Source: Candidatus Sericytochromatia bacterium (GTDB lineage Bacteria; Cyanobacteriota; Sericytochromatia; S15B-MN24; JAQBPE01). From it: a DNA stretch of 64,000 nucleotides. The notes beneath the pieces were generated by a model. It saw only the letters and a list, made by a program, of their open reading frames with translations. It was not told where the DNA came from and searched no databases. The stretch is taken from the NCBI GenBank assembly GCA_035285125.1, contig JAYKHR010000011.1:23653-87652 (forward strand). The letters run 5' to 3'. The position numbers and the translations under genes were made by a program. Positions 1-8,820 of the stretch are shown here, one piece after another; the stretch's first letter is position 1, and each line of letters begins with the position of its first letter.

Positions 1-2
1 TG

Positions 3-185
3 CTAGACGTCGTCTCGCCCGGGCGCCTCGCGCCCACCACGCGGGAGGTCTACGGCATCGACCGTGCCACGCGGACCCCCATCCTGCGCGAGATGTACCA
101 GGGGGACCGGGTGATCCACCGGATGCAGGTGGATCAGGTCACCGTCAACCCGACCTTCACGGCGCGGGACTTCACGCTGGAGTGA
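3..185 (+). CDS. 3' end of a probable LolA-like / lipoprotein-sorting fold protein (partial)
   Basis: Open frame from the window edge: LDVVSPGRLAPTTREVYGIDRATRTPILREMYQGDRVIHRMQVDQVTVNPTFTARDFTLE*. The C-terminal 'vNp.l...dF.l' pattern is typical of LolA-like proteins. Confidence 0.5.
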   Translation, partial: LDVVSPGRLAPTTREVYGIDRATRTPILREMYQGDRVIHRMQVDQVTVNPTFTARDFTLE

Positions 186-242
186 TAGCGGCGATCAGGG
201 CCGGCGACGCTGACCTGGCTCGTTTGACCGTCGCCAGGAGGC

Positions 243-1028
243 TCAGCGCAGCGCGCCGTCGTAGAGGAACCGCAGCGCCTTGGGGGCCCGGCGCCGCCAG
301 GCGCGCTCGTTGTGAGCGCCGCGCTGGTCCGGCCGCCACATGAGCTGCCGCGCCTCGGGCGACAGGCCCCGCGCCGCCAGCACCGCTGCGAACCTCGCCG
401 CGTCGCGCAGCGCCTGCCCGCCCATCTCGCGCCCGCCCGCGTCAAGGTAGACCCGGGCCTCCGGGTGCAGGCGGGCGTGCGCGGCCATCCGCCGCAGCCC
501 CTCGCGGTGGACCCACAGCGATGGGGACATCGCCAGCACCCGGCCAAACACCTCGGGGTGCCGCAGCCAGCCGTACAGGGCCGCCAGCCCCCCCAGCGAC
601 GAGCCCCCGAGGAGGGTGTGCGCGGGGCCCGGCAGCACCCGCAGGTCCTCGTGGACGAAGCGGTGCAGCGTCCCCACGATCCAGTCCAGCAGCGCATCGG
701 CCCGGCCGTGGTGGCCCCGCCCGACGCCCCAGGGGGCCAGGTCCTCGAGCCGATGCGCGCCGCCGTGGTGGATGCCGACCACGATCGGCACGGGCTTGCC
801 CTTCGCAGCCCGCTCGTCGAGCAGCGTGTGCAGGTGCCAGCCCCCCGAGAAGCTCCCGGCGTCGCCGAACAGGTTCTGGCCGTCGAACATGTAGGCCACG
901 GGGTAGCGCGCCCCGCCGTCGCGGTGGTAGCCCGGCGGCAGGTACACCGTGCAGGCCCGCAAGCCGTGAAGCCCAGGGACCACGTAGGCCCGGGTGTGGT
1001 GCAGGTGGCCTCGGGGGTGGGGGGGCAT
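243..1028 (-). CDS. alpha/beta hydrolase, putative esterase family
   Basis: VYLPPGY..YPVAYMFDGQNLF, GSSLGG nucleophile elbow and C-terminal HNE..W. The start overlaps the upstream stop (TGATG). Confidence 0.9.
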   Translation of the reverse strand: MPPHPRGHLHHTRAYVVPGLHGLRACTVYLPPGYHRDGGARYPVAYMFDGQNLFGDAGSFSGGWHLHTLLDERAAKGKPVPIVVGIHHGGAHRLEDLAPWGVGRGHHGRADALLDWIVGTLHRFVHEDLRVLPGPAHTLLGGSSLGGLAALYGWLRHPEVFGRVLAMSPSLWVHREGLRRMAAHARLHPEARVYLDAGGREMGGQALRDAARFAAVLAARGLSPEARQLMWRPDQRGAHNERAWRRRAPKALRFLYDGALR

Positions 1029-2377
1029 CAGGAGGCCTCGGGCGCGGCCGCGGGCAGCTCGACGTGGAAGGTGGCCCCCCGCCCCGGCGTGCTCTCGGCC
1101 CAGAGCCTGCCGCGATGGCCATCCTCGACGATCAGGCGCGAAAGCGCCAGGCCGAGGCCGAGGCCGCGGCGGCTGCCGGCTCCCCGGTAGAAGCGCTGGA
1201 ACACGAGGGAGAGCTCCTCAGGCCGCAGCCCCGGGCCGCTGTCACGCACCGAGAGACGCGCCAGGCCGGGGGCGGCGACCACCTCCATCGTCACGTGGCC
1301 TCCCGCCGGCGTGAACTTCAGGGCGTTGCTCAGCAGGTTCGTGACCACCTGCCCCATGCGCTCCTGGTCGAGCGTGCAGGTCAGCGGCGCCTCGCCCTCC
1401 ACGGCCAGGCTGACGTTCGCCTGCTCGAACAGCGGGCGCATGCCGGCGGCCACCTCGACGGCGAGCTCCCTCAGCGAGGCCACCTCCATGTCGTAGGCCA
1501 CCTGCCCGTGCTCGTGCTGAGCCAGGTCCAGGAGCCTGTCGAGGAAGTGGCTGAGGCGGTCCGTGGCCGTCACCAGGTCGGCGGCCAGCGCCTGGCGGGC
1601 CTCCTCGCCATCCTCGTTCAGGCTGTCCTTCAGCATCCAGGCCGAGACCTTCAAGATCGTCAGCGGCGTGCGCAGCTCGTGGCTCACGGTGGCCACCACG
1701 TCGGTGGCGAACCGCTCCTGCCGGGTGCGGCCGGACTCGCTGTCACGCAGCAGGGCACCGGCCCGCGCCACCAGCAGCCAGGCCAGCCCGAGCCCCACGG
1801 CCGCGTGGAGCGCCCCGCCCACCAGGCCCCACAGCCAGACCAGCTTGGCGGGTGCCAGGGCCAGCACCGTCACGGGCCACAGCCCGTCGAGCGCGAAGCC
1901 TGCCGCCAACGCCCTGGCCGCGAGGCCGTCCAGCGCCTCGGTGCCGCGCCACAGGCTCACCGTCACCGCCGCGTAGGCCCCGGCCAGCAGCAGCAGGAGG
2001 GGCAAGGTGGCCTGCAGCGGGTCCACCGCCATCGCGACGCTCACGAACCCGGCCAGGCAGGCCGCAACGCCGAGGACCAGCAGGGGGGCGTCGGGCGGCC
2101 TGCGGCCCGTCAGGTGGGCCGGGAGTCGCAGCAGCGAGATGGCCCCCGCCGCCGTGAACACCACGGTGCCCAGCAGCCACCAGCGCGGCCCGGCCCACGT
2201 GAGCACGCCGCTTCCGGCCCCCAGCGCGAGCGTGGCGTAGGCCCTGATCCAGTCGTCGAAGTAGGGCGCTGCGATCGAGCGGCGCAGCGGCACGAAAAAC
2301 GCGAGCGGCGCCGCGTAGCCCAGCGCATATGCGGCGAGCCCGACGAGCTCGAGGGGGATGGAGTTGCCGTCTGTCAA
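1028..2377 (-). CDS. multi-TM sensor histidine kinase (HisKA + HATPase_c)
   Basis: SHELRTPL H-box, NLLSNALKFT N-box, DSGPG and GLGLGL. Hydrophobic N-terminal half. Start moved to the TTG after GGAGG. Confidence 0.88.
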   Translation of the reverse strand: MTDGNSIPLELVGLAAYALGYAAPLAFFVPLRRSIAAPYFDDWIRAYATLALGAGSGVLTWAGPRWWLLGTVVFTAAGAISLLRLPAHLTGRRPPDAPLLVLGVAACLAGFVSVAMAVDPLQATLPLLLLLAGAYAAVTVSLWRGTEALDGLAARALAAGFALDGLWPVTVLALAPAKLVWLWGLVGGALHAAVGLGLAWLLVARAGALLRDSESGRTRQERFATDVVATVSHELRTPLTILKVSAWMLKDSLNEDGEEARQALAADLVTATDRLSHFLDRLLDLAQHEHGQVAYDMEVASLRELAVEVAAGMRPLFEQANVSLAVEGEAPLTCTLDQERMGQVVTNLLSNALKFTPAGGHVTMEVVAAPGLARLSVRDSGPGLRPEELSLVFQRFYRGAGSRRGLGLGLALSRLIVEDGHRGRLWAESTPGRGATFHVELPAAAPEAS

Positions 2378-2545
2378 CACGCCTCCCCAGTCTAAAGGCA
2401 GCGGGCGAGTGCGGGCAACCACACGACTGGCGGGGCCCCGCCGCCGACCAGCCCGCCGTTGACCCCGGCGCCACGCGGGCCATGATGGGAGCACCGCGAG
2501 AGCCTTGCAGCGAGCGCTCTTGGGACTGGGAGGGGGACGAAGACG

Positions 2546-3205
2546 ATGAAGCTGAACGGGTTGACCCTGGGAATGGTGTGTCTGGTTGCGGCGGGGTGCG
2601 CCTCGACGCCTGTGGCTCAGGTGGGGACGCCTCGCTACGAGGTGAAGCAGATCGGGTGTGGGGGGGCCGTCTGGGGCACGCCCGGAGCCGGCAGGGGGGC
2701 CGTCGTCGGGTGTGGCGGCAACGAGCCCTTCGCTGGCGTCGTGGTGATTCCCGTGCCCACGCCGCCCGCCGGCGAGTCACCCGCGCCGACGCCCAGCGCG
2801 ACGCCGGTGGTCGAGGTGCCCGCGCCGGCCCCGACGGGAGGACCGGTGGTAGAGGAGCCGACGCCCGCCCCGACGCAGGCGCCGGTGGTAGAGGAGCCGA
2901 CGCCGGCCCCGACGGAGGCGCCGGTGGTGGAAGAGCCCACGCCGGCTCCGACAGAGGCGCCGGTGGTGGAGGAGCCCACGCCGGCCCCGACGGAGGCACC
3001 GGTGGTGGAGGAGCCGACGCCGGCCCCGACACAGGCGCCAGTGGTGGAAGAGCCCACGCCAGTGCCGACGACGGCACCGGTGGTGGAAGAGCCTGCGCCT
3101 GCCCCGACGGCGGCGCCGGTGGTGGAGGAGCCCGCACCTGCCCCGAGCCCGACGGCGACGGGGCCCGCGGTGGTCATCATCGTCTCTCCGGCCTCCGCCC
3201 GCTAG
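2546..3205 (+). CDS. Pro/Thr/Glu tandem-repeat lipoprotein
   Basis: GGAGGGG upstream, signal peptide ending LVAAGC, and nine PVVEEPTPAPT(E/Q)A-type repeats. Confidence 0.75.
   Translation: MKLNGLTLGMVCLVAAGCASTPVAQVGTPRYEVKQIGCGGAVWGTPGAGRGAVVGCGGNEPFAGVVVIPVPTPPAGESPAPTPSATPVVEVPAPAPTGGPVVEEPTPAPTQAPVVEEPTPAPTEAPVVEEPTPAPTEAPVVEEPTPAPTEAPVVEEPTPAPTQAPVVEEPTPVPTTAPVVEEPAPAPTAAPVVEEPAPAPSPTATGPAVVIIVSPASAR
2804..3154 (+). repeat. 39-bp coding tandem repeat, about 9 units
   Basis: Repeated ccggtggtggaggagcc(c/g)acgccggccccgacggaggcg unit with mostly third-position variation. Confidence 0.92.
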
Positions 3206-3242
3206 GCTCGACGCCCCTCGAGGTGCGCGCTATGCTGGCTTC

Positions 3243-3782
3243 ATGAGAATCAGATGCCAGCTGGCGCGCGCCTTGGCCGTGGCGGTGATCGCCACGGCCT
3301 TTCCGGGGTGTGCGTGGCTGGGGGTCGCGCGGGACCTTGCCGAACAGGAGGCCAGCTTCCGCAACGACGGCGTGCGCGCGAACCTCCGCACGGTGGGCCT
3401 GGCGCTGCTCGTGTACGCGCGGGACCACCAGGGCGTCTTCCCCGCCGACGATCGCTGGATGGCCGACCTCAGCCGGAGCTACTACCTGCCGGGCCAGCGG
3501 CTGCCCGACAACCCGTTTTCCCTGATGGGCGAGTGGGGCCAGGCCAACGCGCCGGCCCTCGGGCCGCTGCCGCCCCTCGAGGGAGAGGCCTTCATGCCCC
3601 CCGCGCCGGGCACCGTCCTCGGCAAGGGCTCGCGGCCGACGGGGAGCGCCTACACCACCACCACCTACGGCGCGATCCTCTACGACGCAGCGCCGGACCG
3701 CCGCCGGTGCGTCCTCTACGGGGTGGGGCAGCAGGGCGACGATGCGGTGCTGGTCGACAGCCACATGCGGGGCAGCCTTTGA
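3243..3782 (+). CDS. lipoprotein with pilin/pseudopilin-like domain
   Basis: Signal peptide ending AFPGC, then VRANLRTVGLALLVYARDHQGVFP...DNPF, resembling the post-TM helix of type IV (pseudo)pilins. Confidence 0.6.
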   Translation: MRIRCQLARALAVAVIATAFPGCAWLGVARDLAEQEASFRNDGVRANLRTVGLALLVYARDHQGVFPADDRWMADLSRSYYLPGQRLPDNPFSLMGEWGQANAPALGPLPPLEGEAFMPPAPGTVLGKGSRPTGSAYTTTTYGAILYDAAPDRRRCVLYGVGQQGDDAVLVDSHMRGSL

Positions 3783-4462
3783 GCCCAGGCGCCGCGCTGG
3801 TGCTGCTGCGCGGGACGCCGGCCGTGCTCGCCGAGGCCGAGGCCGCGCTGGCTCCCGACGAGGCCTGCCAGCTGGCTGGCTTCCGGGTGGAGAAGCGCCG
3901 ACATGACTGGCTCCTGGGGCGGCTGGCGGCCAAGCGCGCCGGCCTGGGGCTGCTGCGCGAGGGGCAGCCGCTGACCTCGCTGGCCGTCGCCGTGGCCCCC
4001 GGCGGTGCCCCGAGCCTGTGCGACGCGGCGACGGGGGCCCCGGGGCCTGCCGTCTCCATCACCCACAGCGCAGGCTGCGCGGCGGCCCTGGCCACGTTCG
4101 GGCGCGCGGGCGTCGACCTGGAGGCCCAGCGCCCGATGCCGCCCGGGGCCGCGCGCTTCTTCCTGACGCCGGCCGAGCAAGGCTGGCTGGCGGGGGGGGA
4201 CTGGGGTGCCGACGGCGAGCTGGCTGCCTGGGCGCTCAAGGAGGCGGCCTACAAGGCCCTCGGGGGCGCGCCGGGCGCCCTGACCCACCTGGCGCTCCAG
4301 CCCGCGGCCCGCGGCCAGGCGGCCACCCTGTCGCACGCGGGCGTCGACCTGCGAGGCCGCTGGGCCATGGCGGGGGGCTTCTGCCTGGCGATCGCCTGGG
4401 TTGGGCCCGGGCCGCGCATCCTGGAGGACCTCGCGCTCGAAGCTGCGCTAGCCTCCTTGTGA
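3779..4462 (+). CDS. 4'-phosphopantetheinyl transferase (Sfp-like)
   Basis: KRRHDWLLGRLAAK, SITHS, GVDLE and WALKEAAYKA motifs. The TTG start overlaps the upstream TGA (TTGA). Confidence 0.85.
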   Translation: MSPGAALVLLRGTPAVLAEAEAALAPDEACQLAGFRVEKRRHDWLLGRLAAKRAGLGLLREGQPLTSLAVAVAPGGAPSLCDAATGAPGPAVSITHSAGCAAALATFGRAGVDLEAQRPMPPGAARFFLTPAEQGWLAGGDWGADGELAAWALKEAAYKALGGAPGALTHLALQPAARGQAATLSHAGVDLRGRWAMAGGFCLAIAWVGPGPRILEDLALEAALASL

Positions 4463-4548
4463 CTACCCCCCCTTGAAGGCCCCTGTCAGCGCGCTATACT
4501 GGTAACCGGGGGTGGCGCGACGCTGCGCCCCGAAGGAGGGTCCCCACT

Positions 4549-5607
4549 ATGTTGCGCATGGCGCCTTTCGTGCTGGTGTTCCTGCCCGTCGTCACGGCAG
4601 TGGCTGGCCTCGTGCTGGGCGGGGCCTGGACCTGGGCGACCTTCGGCCTCATCTTCGGCCTGGTGCCCCTGCTCGACCACGTGCTCGGGGAGTCTCGTCA
4701 CAACCCGGAGCCCGGCGAAACCTCGCGCCTGGCGTACTGGGGCTACCGCCTCGTGTCGTGGCTCGTCGCGCCGGCCCTCATCGCGCTGACGCTCGCCGCT
4801 GCCTGGTCCGTCTCGCACCAGGCGTGGGCCACCTGGGAGCTCGCGGGGCTGGTCGTCTCCGTGGGCATCGTCTCGGGCGGCCTCGGCATCACGGCGGCCC
4901 ACGAGCTCATCCACAAGACGGGGGCGTTCGAGCGCTTCCTCGGTCAGGCACTGCTGTGGAACGCCTGCTACATGCACTTCTACATCGAGCACCTCGTCGG
5001 GCACCACAGCCGCGTGGCGACGCCCGAGGACCCTGCCAGTGCCCGCTACGGCGAGACGCTGTGGGGCTTCTTGCCACGCTCCGTCGTGGGCAGCTGGCTC
5101 AGCGCCTGGGGCCTCGAGGCCGCCCGGTTGGCCCGGGCCGGGCACGGCGTCTGGAGCCTGCGCAACCGCATGCTGGCCTACGGCGCCCTGCCGCTGGCCG
5201 GGGCCGGGCTGCTCGCGGCGGCGTGGGGCCCCGTGGCGGGCGCGTTTTTCCTGGGCCAGGGGGTGCTGGCGTTCCTGCTCCTCGAGGCCGTCAACTACGT
5301 CGAGCACTATGGGTTGGAGCGCCGGGCGTTGCCCAACGGGCGGTTCGAGCGCGTCACCGACGCGCACTCGTGGGCCTCGGGCCTCAGGCTCTCCAACTGG
5401 CTGACGCTTCACCTGCAGCGTCACGCCGACCACCACACCCACCCCGCCCGGCGCTACGAGGAGCTGCGGTTCAGCCCGGACAGCCCCGTGCTGCCCTCGG
5501 GCTACCCGGGGATGCTCTGGCTGGCGATGGTGCCGCCCCTGTGGCGCCGGGTGATGCACCCCCGCGTCGAGGCCGTGCGGGTCCGGGCGGGCGTCAACGA
5601 GGCCTGA
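4549..5607 (+). CDS. alkB: alkane 1-monooxygenase (membrane di-iron)
   Basis: His boxes HELIH, EHLVGHH, NYVEHYG and LQRHADHH. AAGGAGG RBS, and a TATACT -10 upstream. Confidence 0.9.
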   Translation: MLRMAPFVLVFLPVVTAVAGLVLGGAWTWATFGLIFGLVPLLDHVLGESRHNPEPGETSRLAYWGYRLVSWLVAPALIALTLAAAWSVSHQAWATWELAGLVVSVGIVSGGLGITAAHELIHKTGAFERFLGQALLWNACYMHFYIEHLVGHHSRVATPEDPASARYGETLWGFLPRSVVGSWLSAWGLEAARLARAGHGVWSLRNRMLAYGALPLAGAGLLAAAWGPVAGAFFLGQGVLAFLLLEAVNYVEHYGLERRALPNGRFERVTDAHSWASGLRLSNWLTLHLQRHADHHTHPARRYEELRFSPDSPVLPSGYPGMLWLAMVPPLWRRVMHPRVEAVRVRAGVNEA

Positions 5608-5711
5608 TCTGAACGCCTCGCGCGGCGCTCAGGCCTTTCCTGGCCCCGGGGCGGGTCTCGTGGCAGGTTGCCATGGCCATCTGCCAGGGGAGATGCTACG
5701 CTAAGGCAGCT

Positions 5712-8700
5712 ATGTTCGTGCTGCACGGCACATGGCTGCCGAACGCACGCTTCTTCGCGTGGGGCGAGTCTTCCGTCCCCAGCGCGCCGGGCGCCCCCGA
5801 ACCCTCGGGCCCATCGGCAGCGATGCATCCCCGACTTGTCGACGATGCCAGGCTTCAAGAGGCCGGGCTCTATGGCGTTGCTGGCCGCGCCCTGGCCCTG
5901 CTGCCAGGGGTGGATGGCGAGCCGCTGGCGCCGCCGCACGCGGGCTTCGGCCCTGACCCGGCGGGGGGGCGCATCGAGTCGAGCCCCTGGACCCTGCGCG
6001 GGCGCGAGCTCGATCCGCTCGACGCCTTGCTGACGCTGGCCGGCGTGACGCCCTCCAGCGAGCTGCAGCTCGGTGACGACTGGCGCTACTGGGCCCGCGT
6101 GGCCCAGCTCGTGCTGGAGCTCCTCGGGCGAGAGCGCTTCATGCCGGCGCTGTCGCTGACCGGGGATGCCCCCCGCGCTTACTGGCGCATCGTGACGAGC
6201 GAGCGCCAGGACGCCGAGCGTCTCGGGGCCTTGGCGCTCGCGATGCCGCCCGCCTGCCGGGCCCTCACCCAGCCCGCGCCCGAGGCCCGGACGCTCCTGC
6301 TCGCGGCCATCGACGCGATGGTGGACGCCGCCGCCCGCCACTGGGCGCCGGACGTGGGCCCCCACGGCGGGATCAGCACCTTCACCGCGGGCCAGCGCTG
6401 GTTCGGGGCCCTCCTGCAGCACGGCGACAATGCCTTCGAGGCCGAGCCGATCGAGGTCGTCCAGCTCGCGCAGCACCTCAGCACCTGGACCAAGCCGCTG
6501 ATGCCGCCCCCCGAGGCACCCTTCCGCACCTGCCTGCGCCTCGAGGCTCCCCCGGAGGGCGCCCCCGACAGCAGCCCCTGGCGCCTGGAGTTCGCGCTGC
6601 AGGCCAGCGACGACCCCAGCCTGCTCATTCCTGCCCAGCAGGTCTGGCGCGGCTCCGGGGCCGAGGTCGGCTTTCTGGCGCGGCGCTTCGAGCGGCCTCA
6701 GGAGCGGCTGCTCGAGGACCTCGGCCGGGCCGGCAAGATCTTCCCGCCCGTGCAGCGCGGCCTGATGAGCGCCACGCCGGAGGCCGTCGAGCTCACGACG
6801 CCCGAGGCCTACACCTTCATGCGCACGGCCTTGCCCCAGCTCGAGGAGGCTGGCTACGGCGTGCTCATCCCGCCGTGGTGGCGCAAGGGCCATACCCGGG
6901 TGGGCGTGAAGATCACGATGCGCGAGGGGGAGGGCTTCAAGCCCGGCAAGATGGGGCAGCAGGCCCTGATCGACTACGACTGGCACCTCGCCCTCGGCGA
7001 CGAGACGCTGACGCGCGAGGACTTCGAGGCCCTCGTGAAGCTCAAACAGCCCCTGCTCAAGGTGCGGGGCAAGTGGGTCGAGCTCGACCCGGCGGCCATC
7101 GACGACGTCCTGCGCTTCTTCGAGACGCAGCGCAGCGGCCAGCTGCATGTGCTCGACGCGATCAAGCTCGCCAGCAATCCCTCGGGGCAGGCGGGCGGCC
7201 TGCCCATCGTGGCGGTGCAGGCCGAGGGCGAGATGGGAGAGTTCCTGGGCAACTTCGGCCCGGGCGACTGGCTCGCGGGCCTGACGGCGCCGGAAGACTT
7301 CCGCGGCACGCTGCGGCCCTACCAGGAGCGCGGCTATGCCTGGCTCGCCTCGATGCGGAAGTGGTGCCTGGGCGCCTGCCTGGCCGACGACATGGGCCTG
7401 GGCAAGACCATCCAGGTGCTGGCCCTGCTGCTGCGTGCCAAGGCCGACGCCGAGGCCGTCCACGGGCCGCGCACGCGCGCCAACGCCCGGACGCAGCCTG
7501 CCCCCTGGCTGTTGATCTGCCCCACGTCGCTCGTGGGCAACTGGCGCCGCGAGGCCGAGCACTTCGCGCCTGGCCTCAAGGTGCTCATCCACCACGGCGC
7601 GGGCCGCACCAAGGGCGAGTCCTTCGCCAACGCCGTGCTGGGCTACGATCTGGTCATCTCCACCTACACCCTGCTCTTCCGCGATCAGGAGCACCTCGCG
7701 GGGGTGACGTGGTCGGGCGTGGTGTTCGACGAGGCGCAGAACATCAAGAACGCCACCTCGAAGCAGGCCCAGGCCGCGCGCCGCGTGCCGGCGGACTGGC
7801 GGGTGGCGCTCACGGGCACGCCCGTCGAGAACCACCTGGCGGACCTCTGGAGCATCCTGGAGACGCTGAACCCGAGCTACCTGGGCAACCAGGCGGCCTT
7901 CCGCTCGCAGTTCGCCATCCCCATCGAGCGCTACAAGGACGAGCAGGCGGGCGCGACGCTGCGCCAGCTGGTGAAGCCGTTCATCCTGCGCCGACTCAAG
8001 ACCGACCCGACCATCATCCAAGACCTGCCCGAGAAGAACGAGCAGAAGGTCTACTGCCCGCTCACCAAGGAACAGGCCTCGCTCTACCAGGCCGTCGTCA
8101 CCGAGATGGTCGGCAAGATCGACACCAGCGCGGGCATCACCCGGAAGGGCCTCGTGCTCGCCTCGCTGACCAAGCTCAAGCAGGTCGTCGACCACCCTGC
8201 CCTGTTCCTCGGTGACAAGAAGGGTGACCTCTCAGGCCGCTCCGGCAAGCTCACCCGCCTCACGGAGATGCTCGAGGAGGTCGTCGAGGTGGGCGATCGC
8301 GCGCTCGTGTTCTCGCAGTTCGCCGAGATGGGCCACCTGCTGGTCGCCCACCTGCAGAAGACCTTCGGGCGCGAGATCCCGTTCCTGCACGGCGGCGTGC
8401 CCGCGGCGGGGCGGGAGAAGATGGTGCGCGACTTCCAGGACCGCGCGGACGGCCCGCCCGTGCTGGTCCTCTCGCTCAAGGCCGGCGGCGTCGGCCTCAA
8501 CCTGACGCGCGCGAACCATGTGTTCCACTTCGACCGCTGGTGGAACCCGGCCGTGGAGAACCAGGCCACTGACCGCGCGTTCCGCATCGGCCAGACGCGC
8601 AACGTCATGGTCCACAAGTTCGTCTGCCTCGGCACGCTCGAGGAGAAGATCGACCAGATGCTCGAGGACAAGAAGGCCCTCAGCTCGCTGGTCGTCGGCG

Positions 8701-8786
8701 AGGGGGAGGGCTGGCTCACGGAGCTCTCCACCGACCAGCTGCGTGACATCCTCGCGCTCCGCGACGAGGCGATCGCCGTCGACTGA
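5712..8786 (+). CDS. SNF2/SWI2-family helicase (DUF3670-type N-terminal region)
   Basis: LADDMGLGKT, DEAQNIKN, TGTPVEN, SLKAGGVGLNL and QATDRAFRIGQ. The MFVLHGTW start is typical of this family. Confidence 0.95.
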   Translation: MFVLHGTWLPNARFFAWGESSVPSAPGAPEPSGPSAAMHPRLVDDARLQEAGLYGVAGRALALLPGVDGEPLAPPHAGFGPDPAGGRIESSPWTLRGRELDPLDALLTLAGVTPSSELQLGDDWRYWARVAQLVLELLGRERFMPALSLTGDAPRAYWRIVTSERQDAERLGALALAMPPACRALTQPAPEARTLLLAAIDAMVDAAARHWAPDVGPHGGISTFTAGQRWFGALLQHGDNAFEAEPIEVVQLAQHLSTWTKPLMPPPEAPFRTCLRLEAPPEGAPDSSPWRLEFALQASDDPSLLIPAQQVWRGSGAEVGFLARRFERPQERLLEDLGRAGKIFPPVQRGLMSATPEAVELTTPEAYTFMRTALPQLEEAGYGVLIPPWWRKGHTRVGVKITMREGEGFKPGKMGQQALIDYDWHLALGDETLTREDFEALVKLKQPLLKVRGKWVELDPAAIDDVLRFFETQRSGQLHVLDAIKLASNPSGQAGGLPIVAVQAEGEMGEFLGNFGPGDWLAGLTAPEDFRGTLRPYQERGYAWLASMRKWCLGACLADDMGLGKTIQVLALLLRAKADAEAVHGPRTRANARTQPAPWLLICPTSLVGNWRREAEHFAPGLKVLIHHGAGRTKGESFANAVLGYDLVISTYTLLFRDQEHLAGVTWSGVVFDEAQNIKNATSKQAQAARRVPADWRVALTGTPVENHLADLWSILETLNPSYLGNQAAFRSQFAIPIERYKDEQAGATLRQLVKPFILRRLKTDPTIIQDLPEKNEQKVYCPLTKEQASLYQAVVTEMVGKIDTSAGITRKGLVLASLTKLKQVVDHPALFLGDKKGDLSGRSGKLTRLTEMLEEVVEVGDRALVFSQFAEMGHLLVAHLQKTFGREIPFLHGGVPAAGREKMVRDFQDRADGPPVLVLSLKAGGVGLNLTRANHVFHFDRWWNPAVENQATDRAFRIGQTRNVMVHKFVCLGTLEEKIDQMLEDKKALSSLVVGEGEGWLTELSTDQLRDILALRDEAIAVD

Positions 8787-8820
8787 GCCCGCGCGCCCCC
8801 CGACCCCAGGAGCCACCCCC

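Noticed and set aside
2804..3154. 39-bp repeats as a CRISPR array or non-coding satellite
   Set aside because: The units are head-to-tail with no spacers, and the variation is mostly at codon third positions, so the repeat is protein-coding.
5502..8195. 897-aa minus-strand ORF
   Set aside because: Antisense shadow of the SNF2 helicase gene.
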